A DNA stretch of 64,000 nt from an uncultured Gammaproteobacteria bacterium (lineage in GTDB: Bacteria > Patescibacteriota > Patescibacteriia > Magasanikbacterales > UBA922). The number at the start of each line of letters is the position of its first letter. The first letter of the stretch is position 1. The notes beneath the pieces are model-generated. The model worked only from the letters and a program-made list of their open reading frames with translations. It was not told where the DNA came from and ran no database searches. Both the position numbers and the translations under genes were made by a program. Of this stretch, positions 48,696 through 58,998 are shown in pieces. Where the stretch lies: contig CAYUTO010000001.1 of the NCBI GenBank assembly GCA_964447765.1, positions 121,125-185,124 of the forward strand, in the 5' to 3' direction.

Positions 48696-49376
48696 CTAAA
48701 TTCGATATCTTCCCTCACGCTCATCAGACACTACTCGTCCATCATGTAATACTACTACTCGTCGTTTGAGCTGATTTACGATTTCACGATTGTGGGTCAC
48801 GAGCATGATCGTGGTTCCAAATTCATTTATTTTTTTCAAAATTTCAATAATTTCCTGTGTATTAATGGAATCCAAATTTCCCGTAGGCTCATCTGCTACC
48901 AAAATTTTTGGTCGATGTACGAGTGAACGAGCAATTGCTACACGCTGCTGTTCCCCACCTGAGAGCTGATGTGGATAGCGCTCTACCTTGTGAGCAAGTC
49001 CTACAATTTCGAGTACCCGAGGAACAATTTGCTTGATTCGTTTTCTTTTTTCTCCTGCTACTTCAAGCGCGAATGATACGTTTTCTAATACCGTTCGTTT
49101 TGGTAATAATTTGAAATCCTGAAAGATAACTCCGATCTGGCGACGAAGCAATGGAATATCATGGAGTGAAATTTTGGTAATGTCCCATCCTCCAATTTCA
49201 ATAAATCCTGCAGTCGGACGTTCTTCTGCGATCAGCATTTTCACGAGTGTTGTTTTTCCGGTTCCACTTTGTCCTACGATTGATACAAATTCACCTGGTT
49301 CGATATGAAGACTTACTTCATGCAAACCAATGCTGTCGTGAGAGTAATGTTTGCTTACGTTTTTGAGCGTAATCAT
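48696..49376 (-). CDS. ftsE: Cell division ATP-binding protein FtsE
   Basis: GQSGTGKT, FQDFKLL, LSGGEQQR, DEPTGNLD. Confidence 0.95.
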   Translation of the reverse strand: MITLKNVSKHYSHDSIGLHEVSLHIEPGEFVSIVGQSGTGKTTLVKMLIAEERPTAGFIEIGGWDITKISLHDIPLLRRQIGVIFQDFKLLPKRTVLENVSFALEVAGEKRKRIKQIVPRVLEIVGLAHKVERYPHQLSGGEQQRVAIARSLVHRPKILVADEPTGNLDSINTQEIIEILKKINEFGTTIMLVTHNREIVNQLKRRVVVLHDGRVVSDEREGRYRI

Positions 49377-49591
49377 AAATAATTATACAAGTGAAATATA
49401 GTATAACATATTTGAGAATAGCGATACAACATGAAGAAGAATTGAAGAATAAAGATTGAAGATTGTGTAATCCTTTAGTCTTTATTCTTCAGTCTTTCCC
49501 CTATTTCACACCTCAATCGGCTCTACCCCAGTAAAAACGATAATTAGTGTGTCGGATCAAGCAGTACTCCCGCTTGATCCGACATTTCTCT

Positions 49592-50248
49592 TCACACGCT
49601 CGCTTGAGCTTCCTGCTCCTTCAGGAACGCTGCTCCGTGACCCACACTCGTGTTGATCGGAACACCTTCCTTGCAGGGCCCATACTCCTTGCACTCCTCC
49701 CACGTCCAGCTCTCGGTGGGGAGCTCGAGCAGGCAGGTGAGGCTGGGAGCCTGGAGACGCTCTGCATCCACGCCACCACGATTCACGACCGCGGTGACAG
49801 CGAACACGTAGCCTTTGCACTCTTTTACGAGCGCGACCGTGTTTGCGACCGACTCTCCAGTCGACAGTACATCTTCGACGACGAGGACATTCTTGCCCTC
49901 CACCTGCGAAGGATCTTCGAAGTAGAAGAACTTCAGCTCGCTCAGATGCTTCTTCGCGGGGATGCCGAGAATCTCTCTTCCTTTGAGGATCGAGAGTTCG
50001 TGTGCGACAGCGATTGCGAGCTTGGTACCTCCAGTCTCAGGCCCGGTCACCACGTCGATCGGTGCGTCTACATACTCCCGAGCAATCATGCTCGTGAAGA
50101 CCTGTAGCGCCCCTTCGGACTTGAGAACTGCCTTGATGTTGATGTAGACCCTGGTGTGCCTACGTGACGCCATGATCATATGGCTCCCGGTGATGATTGC
50201 CCCGCTCTCTTCGAGCAGCTGGGACACTACTATCTCGTCACTTGTCAT
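49592..50248 (-). CDS. pyrE: Orotate phosphoribosyltransferase
   Basis: VVEDVLSTGES PRPP motif; adjacent to pyrF. Confidence 0.88.
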   Translation of the reverse strand: MTSDEIVVSQLLEESGAIITGSHMIMASRRHTRVYINIKAVLKSEGALQVFTSMIAREYVDAPIDVVTGPETGGTKLAIAVAHELSILKGREILGIPAKKHLSELKFFYFEDPSQVEGKNVLVVEDVLSTGESVANTVALVKECKGYVFAVTAVVNRGGVDAERLQAPSLTCLLELPTESWTWEECKEYGPCKEGVPINTSVGHGAAFLKEQEAQASV

Positions 50249-50266
50249 GAGTACTCCTTAGTTGTT

Positions 50267-51076
50267 CTAGACCGTTCTAGCCATGCGGAGTTGATCCGCG
50301 TACCACCGAGCACGCTCGCCAGGCGACTCAGCGAAGATGATGTCTCTTGCCACATTGAAGATGGCATTCTTGCCAGCTACCTTCACCGTTGCACTGAGAT
50401 CACCTTCTTGCGTACCGAGCCCTGGCACGAGCTTGAAGATTCCATCTCCCAAGACGTTACGCGCGAGCTGAATGTCATCGGGGAAGGTAGCACCAAGGAC
50501 CAGTCCGCAGTTATGATTCTCATTCCACTCGGTCTCCACTGCTTTCGCAATGTGCAACCACAGCGGAAGACCGCTCGGCTGAACCAGATCCTGAAACTCT
50601 CCAGCACCAGGATTTGAAGTCTTTGCCAGGAAGATGCAGCCCTTATTCTTGAGGTCGAGGAAGGGTTGCATGGCTTCACGCCCGAGATACGGGTGCAACG
50701 TCACTGCATCCGCTCTCATGGTATCGAAAAGTCCCCAGATGTAGGCGAGGTTGGTGTTGCCGATGTCACCCCGTTTTGCATCGACGATCACCGGCACCTC
50801 GGGTACGGTCGCGTGGATATGAGCGATGACGCGCTTCAGCGCATCGAAGCCTTCGCCACCATAAGCCTCGAAGAATGCGATGTTCGGCTTGAATGTTGCT
50901 ACGTACTCGGACGTCTCATCGACGATCGAGCAGCAGAATCGAACGAGTGCCGCCATGATACCGAGTCCTTGAATGGACTTGGGCATCTTGTCGAGTACCG
51001 GATCCAGGCCTACGCAGAGCGAACGTCCTGTAGCCAACCGTGCATGTTGCAGGTCTTTGAAAACTCTTTTTTTCAT
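50267..51076 (-). CDS. pyrF: Orotidine-5'-phosphate decarboxylase
   Basis: LCVGLDP, FKPNIAFF, DAKRGDIGNT, KTSNP. Confidence 0.93.
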   Translation of the reverse strand: MKKRVFKDLQHARLATGRSLCVGLDPVLDKMPKSIQGLGIMAALVRFCCSIVDETSEYVATFKPNIAFFEAYGGEGFDALKRVIAHIHATVPEVPVIVDAKRGDIGNTNLAYIWGLFDTMRADAVTLHPYLGREAMQPFLDLKNKGCIFLAKTSNPGAGEFQDLVQPSGLPLWLHIAKAVETEWNENHNCGLVLGATFPDDIQLARNVLGDGIFKLVPGLGTQEGDLSATVKVAGKNAIFNVARDIIFAESPGERARWYADQLRMARTV

Positions 51077-51208
51077 CTAAGTCCCCTCACTATTGGAATG
51101 ACCAACCAGCCACTGTAGCATGGTTTTCCACGCACTAACGTACGTGAAAATGTATACAAAGTCAATCAAAAAAAACCGCCCTATTCGGACGGTTTTTACA
51201 GTTATTAT

Positions 51209-52108
51209 TTACTTCACAATCTCGCTCAGTAGTTCATGTTTTCCTTGCAAAATATGATGAATCGTATGGAGTAGTGGGTACGAACTCACATCACCCAACA
51301 ATTCTACCACGATTGGAGTTGAGACTACTCCTTCACACTCACTCGGCTTTGCCCCTGCGGCAATACGACGACCTTCTCCTCGATGTCTCGAATCTTCACT
51401 CATACCTGTTGCAATAAAATCTCCCATTCCCGCAAGCGTATACGCAGTTTCTTTCTTTCCTCCCAACGCTTCAATTTCTCTACCCATTTCTTCAATCACT
51501 TTCGTTGCATACCACCCACGAGCATTACTCCCCATCCCCTGCTCATCAAGCATTCCCAATCCCATGGCATACACATTTTTCAAAACACCTGCAAGAACTG
51601 TCCCATGCACATCGTCACTATAGTTCAGTAGTATCCGACTACCGTGGAACATAGCGACGATGCGAGTATACGTCTCGGATGACTCGCTTGCTACTGCCCC
51701 GAATGCATATTTCCCTGCATCAATTTCTGGAGCAACCATAGGTCCACCAAAAAATGCAAATGGTTGTAGTGGTACGACATCCTTCACGATTTGATCCGCA
51801 GTTTTCATGGTATTTTTTTCAAAACCTTTTGCAACTGAAATAATCAAGGTGTCAGGTTTCAGATATGACTTGATTCTCTCGAGGGTTTCTCGTATCACCC
51901 ATGAATGTATACACAAAAATACCACCTCAGCTGTAGACACTTGCTCTTCAAGCGTTCCTTCACCGGTACACTTTGTAGGATCAATATCCCACCACACCAC
52001 GTCGTTTCCACCCCCTTGCACTATCTTTCCGATTGCACTTCCAATTTTTCCTCCTCCAATTACTAGGACTTTGTTCATACTATTATCTATACTATATATT
52101 CTATTCAC
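51209..52108 (-). CDS. gpsA: NAD(P)H-dependent glycerol-3-phosphate dehydrogenase
   Basis: GGGKIG, LKNVYA, AGMGDFIAT..SRH. Confidence 0.85.
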   Translation of the reverse strand: MNRIYSIDNSMNKVLVIGGGKIGSAIGKIVQGGGNDVVWWDIDPTKCTGEGTLEEQVSTAEVVFLCIHSWVIRETLERIKSYLKPDTLIISVAKGFEKNTMKTADQIVKDVVPLQPFAFFGGPMVAPEIDAGKYAFGAVASESSETYTRIVAMFHGSRILLNYSDDVHGTVLAGVLKNVYAMGLGMLDEQGMGSNARGWYATKVIEEMGREIEALGGKKETAYTLAGMGDFIATGMSEDSRHRGEGRRIAAGAKPSECEGVVSTPIVVELLGDVSSYPLLHTIHHILQGKHELLSEIVK

Positions 52109-52153
52109 CTAAATTTATCACAATATGATACTATTAATCAATAATACTATCCT

Positions 52154-52666
52154 ATGCTTTCACTCGAAAATATTTACTCCCAAGCTGCAGACAAAATAAT
52201 CCTATTTAACGACTTTGTACATACGCATGCACTACACAATACTCTGATTGCAGACCACATCGGATATAAATGTTCATCGACTAAACATTTTGAAATGCTC
52301 CGCGCACTTCTGGAAGCCCACTCAGAATACGTCTACCAATCAATTATTTCAGAACGGCGTATCGCAGTTATAAAACTCAAAAAATCTATTTTAACCACCT
52401 GTGGCCCAATTTATTTTTTGGAATTATCAGACCAAAAACCAGATCATAGTCAAAAGGACGGATTTGATCATCTTGAATGTTACCCAACAAGTGAAACAGT
52501 TGAAATGCTCGCCACCTATTTAACCGAGAAACAAATTACTATAGACAAAGTTGTCCGCCCTCATCACACTACATATGATAGTTCTCTTTCAGATAATTTT
52601 AAACTCCGCTTGGAAGCTGAACCTTTGATTAATAAAATTGTTCGTGAAGAGATCAAGTCGGTATAA
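52154..52666 (+). CDS. YecM-like VOC family protein
   Basis: DHIGYK, S.IS.RRI, LEL..K, GFDHLE. Confidence 0.7.
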   Translation: MLSLENIYSQAADKIILFNDFVHTHALHNTLIADHIGYKCSSTKHFEMLRALLEAHSEYVYQSIISERRIAVIKLKKSILTTCGPIYFLELSDQKPDHSQKDGFDHLECYPTSETVEMLATYLTEKQITIDKVVRPHHTTYDSSLSDNFKLRLEAEPLINKIVREEIKSV

Positions 52667-52707
52667 GCCACATACATAAAATAACCCAAAATGGGTTATT
52701 TTATTAT

Positions 52708-52783
52708 TGGAGCCGATGTCGGGGATCGAACCCGAGACCTACAGTTTACGATACTGCCGCTCTACCAGCTGAGCTACATCGGC
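52708..52783 (-). tRNA. tRNA-Thr(CGT)
   Basis: GCCGATG/CATCGGC stem, anticodon loop ATCGTAA, encoded CCA; hairpin downstream. Confidence 0.93.
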
Positions 52784-52882
52784 GTTTGCAATGTCAAAAA
52801 GAAAAGCGAAAAAGTCAAAAGATAATACACATACAACTCTATAAGCAGCCGTAATTTTAGCTAAAATAGGTCGCATTGTCAA

Positions 52883-54001
52883 TCATGTTCGGTGATAAGC
52901 GCCTACCGCATCAGCAATCGTCGTATATCCATCACACTTGAGTAAATGCACTAGTTCATAATTAATTGATCCGATAAGCTGAGGACCTTCATAAATCATC
53001 CCGGTAATCAATTGTACGAAAGACGCTCCCCGCTTTATCTTCTCATATGCATCCTCAGCGGAAAATACACCCCCTGTACCAATGATTACCATCTTATCGC
53101 CACAATATGCATACGTCTTTGAAATAAGCTCATTTGAGAGCTCCCAGGTAGGCTTCCCACTAATAGATCCTCGAATATTCTCAGGAATTTGTTCTTTGAT
53201 TGAGGCATCAGATCTATCTTTATTGAGATTACCAATATTCACTGCTTGTACACCAAAGTGTAACGCCACGTCCAACAATGAACGAAATTCTTCCCATGGT
53301 AAATTGATAGGCATCTTGAGAATAATCGGTTTGTTTAGTTTCTCGACACTCAATGCTTCGAGCAGTTTTTGTAATCTATCGCGTGTAGTAAAAGGTTCGC
53401 CCCCAAATGTATTGGGGCACGAAATATTCAGTTCATATATATCGCCCTCGTCATGATCTCGAAATACCTGCACACAATTTCTATAATCATCGATACCACT
53501 TTCTTCATCTGATGTTCTACTGCAATTAGTCTTACCTATTGATATTACCCGAGGAATCGTTTTTTTCTCTGTTTTCAGATGAGCTACAATATTTTCTGCT
53601 CCACTATTTTTGAGTCCATAATAGACTACGAGTCCCTGTGAATGCGGCAGACGGTACAACCGAGGCTGTGGATTACCCTCATACGCACCAAAAGTCACTG
53701 TACCTACTTCTGAAAAACCAAACCCCATGTCACCAGCTATCGTACAAAGTTTTCCTTCTTTATCAAATCCAGCAGCAAGCCCCACTGGATTACCAAAATA
53801 GATTCCCCACTTACTCTGCCCAAGCGAAGGGTGAGCAAAATTAAAACTCATCTGAATCAGCTTTCTACCCAATCTATTTCTACCCAATCTAGCACCTATC
53901 GCAACCATTCGATCATGCACCACTTCAGGATCCTGCGCAAAAAAAATCGGTTTAAGAATCCCGCGATACAACAAACGAAACACCACACTTCTATATCGCA
54001 T
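52883..54001 (-). CDS. pyrD: Quinone-dependent dihydroorotate dehydrogenase (class 2)
   Basis: NPVGLAAGFDK, GN..PRLYRL, NISCPN, ISGKP. Confidence 0.92.
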   Translation of the reverse strand: MRYRSVVFRLLYRGILKPIFFAQDPEVVHDRMVAIGARLGRNRLGRKLIQMSFNFAHPSLGQSKWGIYFGNPVGLAAGFDKEGKLCTIAGDMGFGFSEVGTVTFGAYEGNPQPRLYRLPHSQGLVVYYGLKNSGAENIVAHLKTEKKTIPRVISIGKTNCSRTSDEESGIDDYRNCVQVFRDHDEGDIYELNISCPNTFGGEPFTTRDRLQKLLEALSVEKLNKPIILKMPINLPWEEFRSLLDVALHFGVQAVNIGNLNKDRSDASIKEQIPENIRGSISGKPTWELSNELISKTYAYCGDKMVIIGTGGVFSAEDAYEKIKRGASFVQLITGMIYEGPQLIGSINYELVHLLKCDGYTTIADAVGAYHRT

Positions 54002-54020
54002 ACGATTGAACTTTACTGAG

Positions 54021-54091
54021 AGCGGGATACGAGAATCGGACTCGCTTCTCTGGCTTGGGAAGCCAGCATAATACCATTATACTAATCCCGC
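54021..54091 (-). tRNA. tRNA-Gly(CCC), CCA not encoded
   Basis: GCGGGAT/ATCCCGC stem, CTGGC-TTCCCAA-GCCAG anticodon arm. Confidence 0.9.
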
Positions 54092-54146
54092 ATAAAAAAG
54101 TCCCACCGTTCGTGAAGGGTGGGACTTTGATATTACTCTTCGACGA

Positions 54147-55223
54147 TTATTCCATTGTCGTTGTCGCAGGCACCTCTTCTACTTCCGGTGTTTCAGGTAC
54201 ATTGTTTCCCAATTCTTCAAACGGATTTCGAAGACCTTTTGACACTTTGATTTCTGATGAAAGCAAACGTTCGTTCATATAGGCTCCAAATTTCGAAGCA
54301 TCTTCCTCTGCAGTTTTAAACAAGATATGACGTGCTTTTACTTCTTCTACTTCGACACCTTCCTGATCCTTCACCATACGTCGATCATCAAGTCTTACAA
54401 TATGGTATCCGAATTCAGTCTCTACAAGATTCTCGGCAAGCTTGCCCTTTTCTAGGCCAAATACTGCTGTCTCAAATGCAGGAACCATTACTCCTTTTGC
54501 AAACCATCCCAAATCACCACCAGACTCAGCACTACTGTCTGATCCAAATTCTTTGGCAAGTGTTTCAAATGATTCACCACCTTTGATTCGATCAAGCACA
54601 CTCTGCGCAGTAGCTTTCACTGCTTCTTTTTCCGAAGGATCTTTTACTGACTCGAGGTATGCCACACTTAATTTCTGTTCGAGTTCAGTTGGTACGACAA
54701 TATTTTGTACGAATTCATCCAATGTCCAACCATAGCGTTTCATGATTTCCTCTTCTGCTTTTTCTCTACTTTCAAAACTGGTTAGTAATTTTGTATCAAT
54801 AATCGTATCAATATCTGACTGTGCCAATGATACGTTATATTCTTCTGCCACTTGTGCCACCAATTGATTCACCAACAGGCGACTCAAGATATAATCAGAC
54901 ATTTCAGCTTCACTTGGACGTGTTGTTGCTTCGGCTTCGGTATCGTAAAACATTTGCATAGCCTGAAGGTTATCCACATATTCGGTATATGGGATTTTTT
55001 CACCATTCACCTCAGCTACAGGGATATTGAATACACTTGCTGTCGTAAGAGCAAATGATGATTCAGAGAGTCCTCTGACACTTCTGATACCAACGACATA
55101 CCATATAATTCCTCCAACAACCAAAGCCACTCCTAAGCCTGCAAGCAATAGAGGTCCGGCTTTTACTGATTTTTTTGACCCTTGCTCTTGTGCAGAAGTC
55201 TCGATTACTTTATCTTCTTCCAT
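54147..55223 (-). CDS. Parvulin peptidyl-prolyl isomerase (PrsA/SurA-like)
   Basis: GGDLGWF..MVPAFE..ETEFGYHIV; N-terminal TM. Confidence 0.9.
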   Translation of the reverse strand: MEEDKVIETSAQEQGSKKSVKAGPLLLAGLGVALVVGGIIWYVVGIRSVRGLSESSFALTTASVFNIPVAEVNGEKIPYTEYVDNLQAMQMFYDTEAEATTRPSEAEMSDYILSRLLVNQLVAQVAEEYNVSLAQSDIDTIIDTKLLTSFESREKAEEEIMKRYGWTLDEFVQNIVVPTELEQKLSVAYLESVKDPSEKEAVKATAQSVLDRIKGGESFETLAKEFGSDSSAESGGDLGWFAKGVMVPAFETAVFGLEKGKLAENLVETEFGYHIVRLDDRRMVKDQEGVEVEEVKARHILFKTAEEDASKFGAYMNERLLSSEIKVSKGLRNPFEELGNNVPETPEVEEVPATTTME

Positions 55224-55242
55224 ATAGACTAAATTTACATTA

Positions 55243-55659
55243 CTACCCTGAATTGGGCGATCGATGAATAAAATAATACCACCATTTTAACGGATTTGAA
55301 ATCTCTTGTCCATCAGGTGTTATTTTTACCTCCCTTGACCCACCCATCCCCTCCTCTGGATCAACTTGGTCTATAAATAATACACGTTCTCCAGGTTTTT
55401 TCAAATTCAGGTCAACTCTCGCTGTGTCTTCTAGATATGCAGTGCTCGAGACGTATTTCAAAAGTTCGAGAGATTCAAGTTTTTTCTTTTCAAGCTTACT
55501 AATCTCACTTTCTAGACGTTTTACTTCTTCACGAAATGCATAATCTTTGAAATATGCACGCGCAAATCCAAATGCAAAAGCGAACGTAAGTAAAAACGCA
55601 CAAGTGAGAAAAATTTTTGACCCAAAAAACGTACGCACGCGTGAGGATTCCCGGCTCAT
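55243..55659 (-). CDS. Septum formation initiator (FtsB/DivIC family)
   Basis: TM, coiled coil, E..AR..LNLKKPGE. Confidence 0.85.
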   Translation of the reverse strand: MSRESSRVRTFFGSKIFLTCAFLLTFAFAFGFARAYFKDYAFREEVKRLESEISKLEKKKLESLELLKYVSSTAYLEDTARVDLNLKKPGERVLFIDQVDPEEGMGGSREVKITPDGQEISNPLKWWYYFIHRSPNSG

Positions 55660-55687
55660 AGTACTCAGTAGTATAGCACGATTTAGT

Positions 55688-56299
55688 TTATCCTCTCAAT
55701 TGTTTGAGTCGAGCTTCGATAATTTTTCGTAAGTAAAGCAGATCTTCAGTATCAAGTCCGGTAATACCTTTGTGCATATCCTCGACTGAAAATCTGGGTC
55801 CAGACCCACTACCAATACCATTGGTTTGTTTTTTGAGTTCATTGATTAGACGCTGTACTCCTTGCGGACGTCTCACATACTCCACATCAATTCGTATTTT
55901 TGAATCCCGTACTCTAATTTCGACTGTCCCATAATTAAGCATCATTCGCCAGATTCCACGCTGTCTCACGACCACATCTTCCACATCTCCTAATTCTGCT
56001 TCGGAAATAGTCCTACCCGTGATACCATCTTTTGCAATATCGATAATTCGATAATTAGTGAGAATGAGCACCGTACCTCGAAATCGTACGTAGTTTGAAA
56101 CACACCCCGCAATTCCTATGATAATGAGTAGTGCAAAACCAATATTACCAATAGTGCCCTGACGAAAAAGCCAAAACATGTAGATACCTGCAACGACAAA
56201 TGGAATAATCGCTCCCACCCAGCGCCACAAATAAGTAACACCAAAGCGTCTAATTTCCGCAACAATTTGTTCATCAACTCGGAGTGGTAAAGATTTCAT
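55688..56299 (-). CDS. bPH-domain membrane protein
   Basis: 2 TM; LTNYRII..V.Q....LNYGTV. Confidence 0.75.
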   Translation of the reverse strand: MKSLPLRVDEQIVAEIRRFGVTYLWRWVGAIIPFVVAGIYMFWLFRQGTIGNIGFALLIIIGIAGCVSNYVRFRGTVLILTNYRIIDIAKDGITGRTISEAELGDVEDVVVRQRGIWRMMLNYGTVEIRVRDSKIRIDVEYVRRPQGVQRLINELKKQTNGIGSGSGPRFSVEDMHKGITGLDTEDLLYLRKIIEARLKQLRG

Positions 56300-56306
56300 A
56301 TACTAA

Positions 56307-57443
56307 TTACTCTAACCAAGGTTTTAATTTTTCAAGCTGAATACCCCAATCAAATACACCTTCAATACGACGCTTACCAGCAGATCCAAGCATATCCCGC
56401 TTTTCTTTGTCTCCCAATAATTCGGTAATAGTATCAACCACTTTACCCGCCTCATGATATACATCGAATACTCGGCCCGTCTCATGGTCAATTACTGCTT
56501 CTTCTACGCCACCGCTTTTTCCAGCAACAATCGCACGCGCAGCTGATGCAGCTTCGAGAAATACGAGACCCAGCCCTTCTTCGCGCTCACCTGCAGTATG
56601 TGTTAATAATACGAATAGGTCAGCAAGATGGTAATATGCACCCAAATCTTCATGAGGGACTGACCCAATAAATCGGACCACGTTTTGAAGCGATAGTTTT
56701 TGTACTGCTTCAAAAATTTCTTCACGCTTGGGCCCATCACCGACTATCACCCACACGGTATGTGGTTCTCGTGCCAAAATTTCAGGCATCGCATGTACGA
56801 GATGCTGAAACCCCTTACCAATATCCATGCGTGATACCGAAAGAATTACTTTTTTTCCCTGTAATGCAAGCGATCTTCTGAGTTTTTCCACTTTTTCAGT
56901 ATCCACCGCACGGAAAATTGCTTTATCTGGACACGGATAGACAACCAGTGATTTGTGCTCAAATTCAGGTAATCGCTCGAGGAATCTTCGCTTGATTGAC
57001 TCGCTATTGAAAACTATTTGCTCTGCCCCCTCAACCACTCGCTTGAGCATTTTCTTTTTCCATGGATGCGCGGTCGCATAGAGCACATCCGTTCCATGAG
57101 AAATAATAATATACGGAATTTTTTTAAACTTTTTCAAAATGAGTGCCGCATACCCGAGCGGAAGTACATGATTTACCAAAACCATTTCTATTTTTTCTTT
57201 TTTTGCAATTGAAAAAAAATGAAATATGGTAGGAATCCACTGTGGCCAAAAAAAATGAAGCAATTGTTTTTTTCTAAAAATCTTATATGATTCACCCTCA
57301 TCAAATGTCTTATCACCTGCTGTACGCGGCGCATACACGCATACATGCTCAGGATCAATTGAACGCGCAAATTGCGTGACATATGTTGCAATACCTCCAA
57401 TGGTCGGAGGAAATTCAAGTGTTGCTACTAATATTTTTTTCAT
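56307..57443 (-). CDS. Glycosyltransferase family 4
   Basis: FPP.IGG, KG, EGLGLVFLEA..SGGV.EA. Confidence 0.93.
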   Translation of the reverse strand: MKKILVATLEFPPTIGGIATYVTQFARSIDPEHVCVYAPRTAGDKTFDEGESYKIFRKKQLLHFFWPQWIPTIFHFFSIAKKEKIEMVLVNHVLPLGYAALILKKFKKIPYIIISHGTDVLYATAHPWKKKMLKRVVEGAEQIVFNSESIKRRFLERLPEFEHKSLVVYPCPDKAIFRAVDTEKVEKLRRSLALQGKKVILSVSRMDIGKGFQHLVHAMPEILAREPHTVWVIVGDGPKREEIFEAVQKLSLQNVVRFIGSVPHEDLGAYYHLADLFVLLTHTAGEREEGLGLVFLEAASAARAIVAGKSGGVEEAVIDHETGRVFDVYHEAGKVVDTITELLGDKEKRDMLGSAGKRRIEGVFDWGIQLEKLKPWLE

Positions 57444-57449
57444 ACAGAA

Positions 57450-58886
57450 TTACGTTTTTGATCGAATTGATTTGAAATATCTAACATCCTCAGCACTAAG
57501 ACCTTTCATAAGAGCAAATAATACTCCGAAGACTAATCCTCCAATTATTGCCGCGATAAGTACCTGCACATGCATCGAAGTATACCATACTGCAACAGCC
57601 ATTACGGCACTTGCGAGCACCAGTTTCATACTTAATACTGCAAGTTCTCGATATGGGATGATGATATTTTTTGATACCGTAATCCATGAGATGGTAAAAA
57701 GCAATATATTACCAAGAGTTGCAGCAATAGCCGCACCCTGAATATTCATTTTTGGAATCAGAATAAAATTCAACATAATATTTGCAAGCATGGTAATTCC
57801 TACATAGGTTGTTTGGGTTTTTTGTTTTCCTGTGGCATTGAGTAATGCACCTAATAATACATTCACAAATCCAGCCACTACCCCCACCATGAGGATCTGC
57901 AGCGGCACCACTGATGGATCATATTTACTGCCAAAAAATGTCGTAATTATTCTTGGCGCTAATACAATAATCCCTACAGACATAGGTACTGATACAATAA
58001 GCAGATACCGCAAGCCTTGAGAAAATACTTCTCCCAAACGTTTCTCATCATGGGCAAAATACTCGCTCATTCGAGGATAGAGCCCTGCAATAAGCGCAAA
58101 AGGGATAAATTGAAATGCGTACGCAATTTTGTATGGCACACTATACCATCCCACAGCCGCGTCCCCTGCGATTTTTGATAACATTACTGAATCTGCATAC
58201 GCAAATACACGCCCGAATATCATTGCGAGCGCAAACGGTACTGCAATCGGCAACAGATAGAATATAATTTCTCGAGAATAGCGGGGGCGAATTTTGAGGC
58301 GATACTTTATCGTAACTATACCCCACGCAAACATCGTATTCAAAAAACTAGGCACGAGAAATGCGATCATGAGGAAAAATAATGGTAGTTTGAGGTATAA
58401 AAACGTAGTACCCAGTACCAGGGTCAAAAACTGGCTACCCATAATCCCATATGCCTCATATTTGATATTACCGAGTGCTCGAAGTGTTCCATACAGACTC
58501 AATTGCAGTGAATCTGAAAGCATGGTAATCCCAGATATGAATACTAAAATTTGAGTATCAATATGATATCCAAGAGCCTTCAGTACGACTACCATAATCG
58601 TGTACGTAGTCAATCCTAAAAACAATTTTAAGAAAATGATTGATGATAAAAATTCAGATACACGATTCTTTGCCTTTGCTCCTTCCCGAACCATTACATT
58701 GGTCAGTCCAAGATCGATAAAAACAACAAAAATGGTAGTAAAGGATATTGCAAAAAAATATTTTCCCGTGTCTCCTGGTTCGAGAATACGTGCAATTATA
58801 GCAAAATACACAAACGAAATAAGCTTTTGTGCAATTGATGCTCCTGTCATGTAGAGAGTACTTTGTCCGAGACTAATTTGCTTCAT
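57450..58886 (-). CDS. Polysaccharide flippase (Wzx-like)
   Basis: About 12-14 TM; DLGL..RE, D.VMLS..G.Y, GAAIAT. Confidence 0.9.
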   Translation of the reverse strand: MKQISLGQSTLYMTGASIAQKLISFVYFAIIARILEPGDTGKYFFAISFTTIFVVFIDLGLTNVMVREGAKAKNRVSEFLSSIIFLKLFLGLTTYTIMVVVLKALGYHIDTQILVFISGITMLSDSLQLSLYGTLRALGNIKYEAYGIMGSQFLTLVLGTTFLYLKLPLFFLMIAFLVPSFLNTMFAWGIVTIKYRLKIRPRYSREIIFYLLPIAVPFALAMIFGRVFAYADSVMLSKIAGDAAVGWYSVPYKIAYAFQFIPFALIAGLYPRMSEYFAHDEKRLGEVFSQGLRYLLIVSVPMSVGIIVLAPRIITTFFGSKYDPSVVPLQILMVGVVAGFVNVLLGALLNATGKQKTQTTYVGITMLANIMLNFILIPKMNIQGAAIAATLGNILLFTISWITVSKNIIIPYRELAVLSMKLVLASAVMAVAVWYTSMHVQVLIAAIIGGLVFGVLFALMKGLSAEDVRYFKSIRSKT

Positions 58887-58956
58887 ATTGCTCTTAATCT
58901 TAGCTTAACCATGCAAAAAATACAACACACTACCTTATTTATTAAACGTTGGGGAA

Positions 58957-58988
58957 TAAAAAAATCTCCTGCCGAAGCAAGAGATTTT
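58957..58988 (-). terminator. Intrinsic terminator after rpsI
   Basis: AAAATCTC...GAGATTTT hairpin with T tract on minus strand. Confidence 0.65.
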
Positions 58989-58998
58989 GAGTGAGATG

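Noticed and set aside
49547-51118. Long plus-strand ORFs 49547..50107, 50180..50617, 50666..51118
   Set aside because: Antisense shadows of GC-rich pyrE/pyrF.
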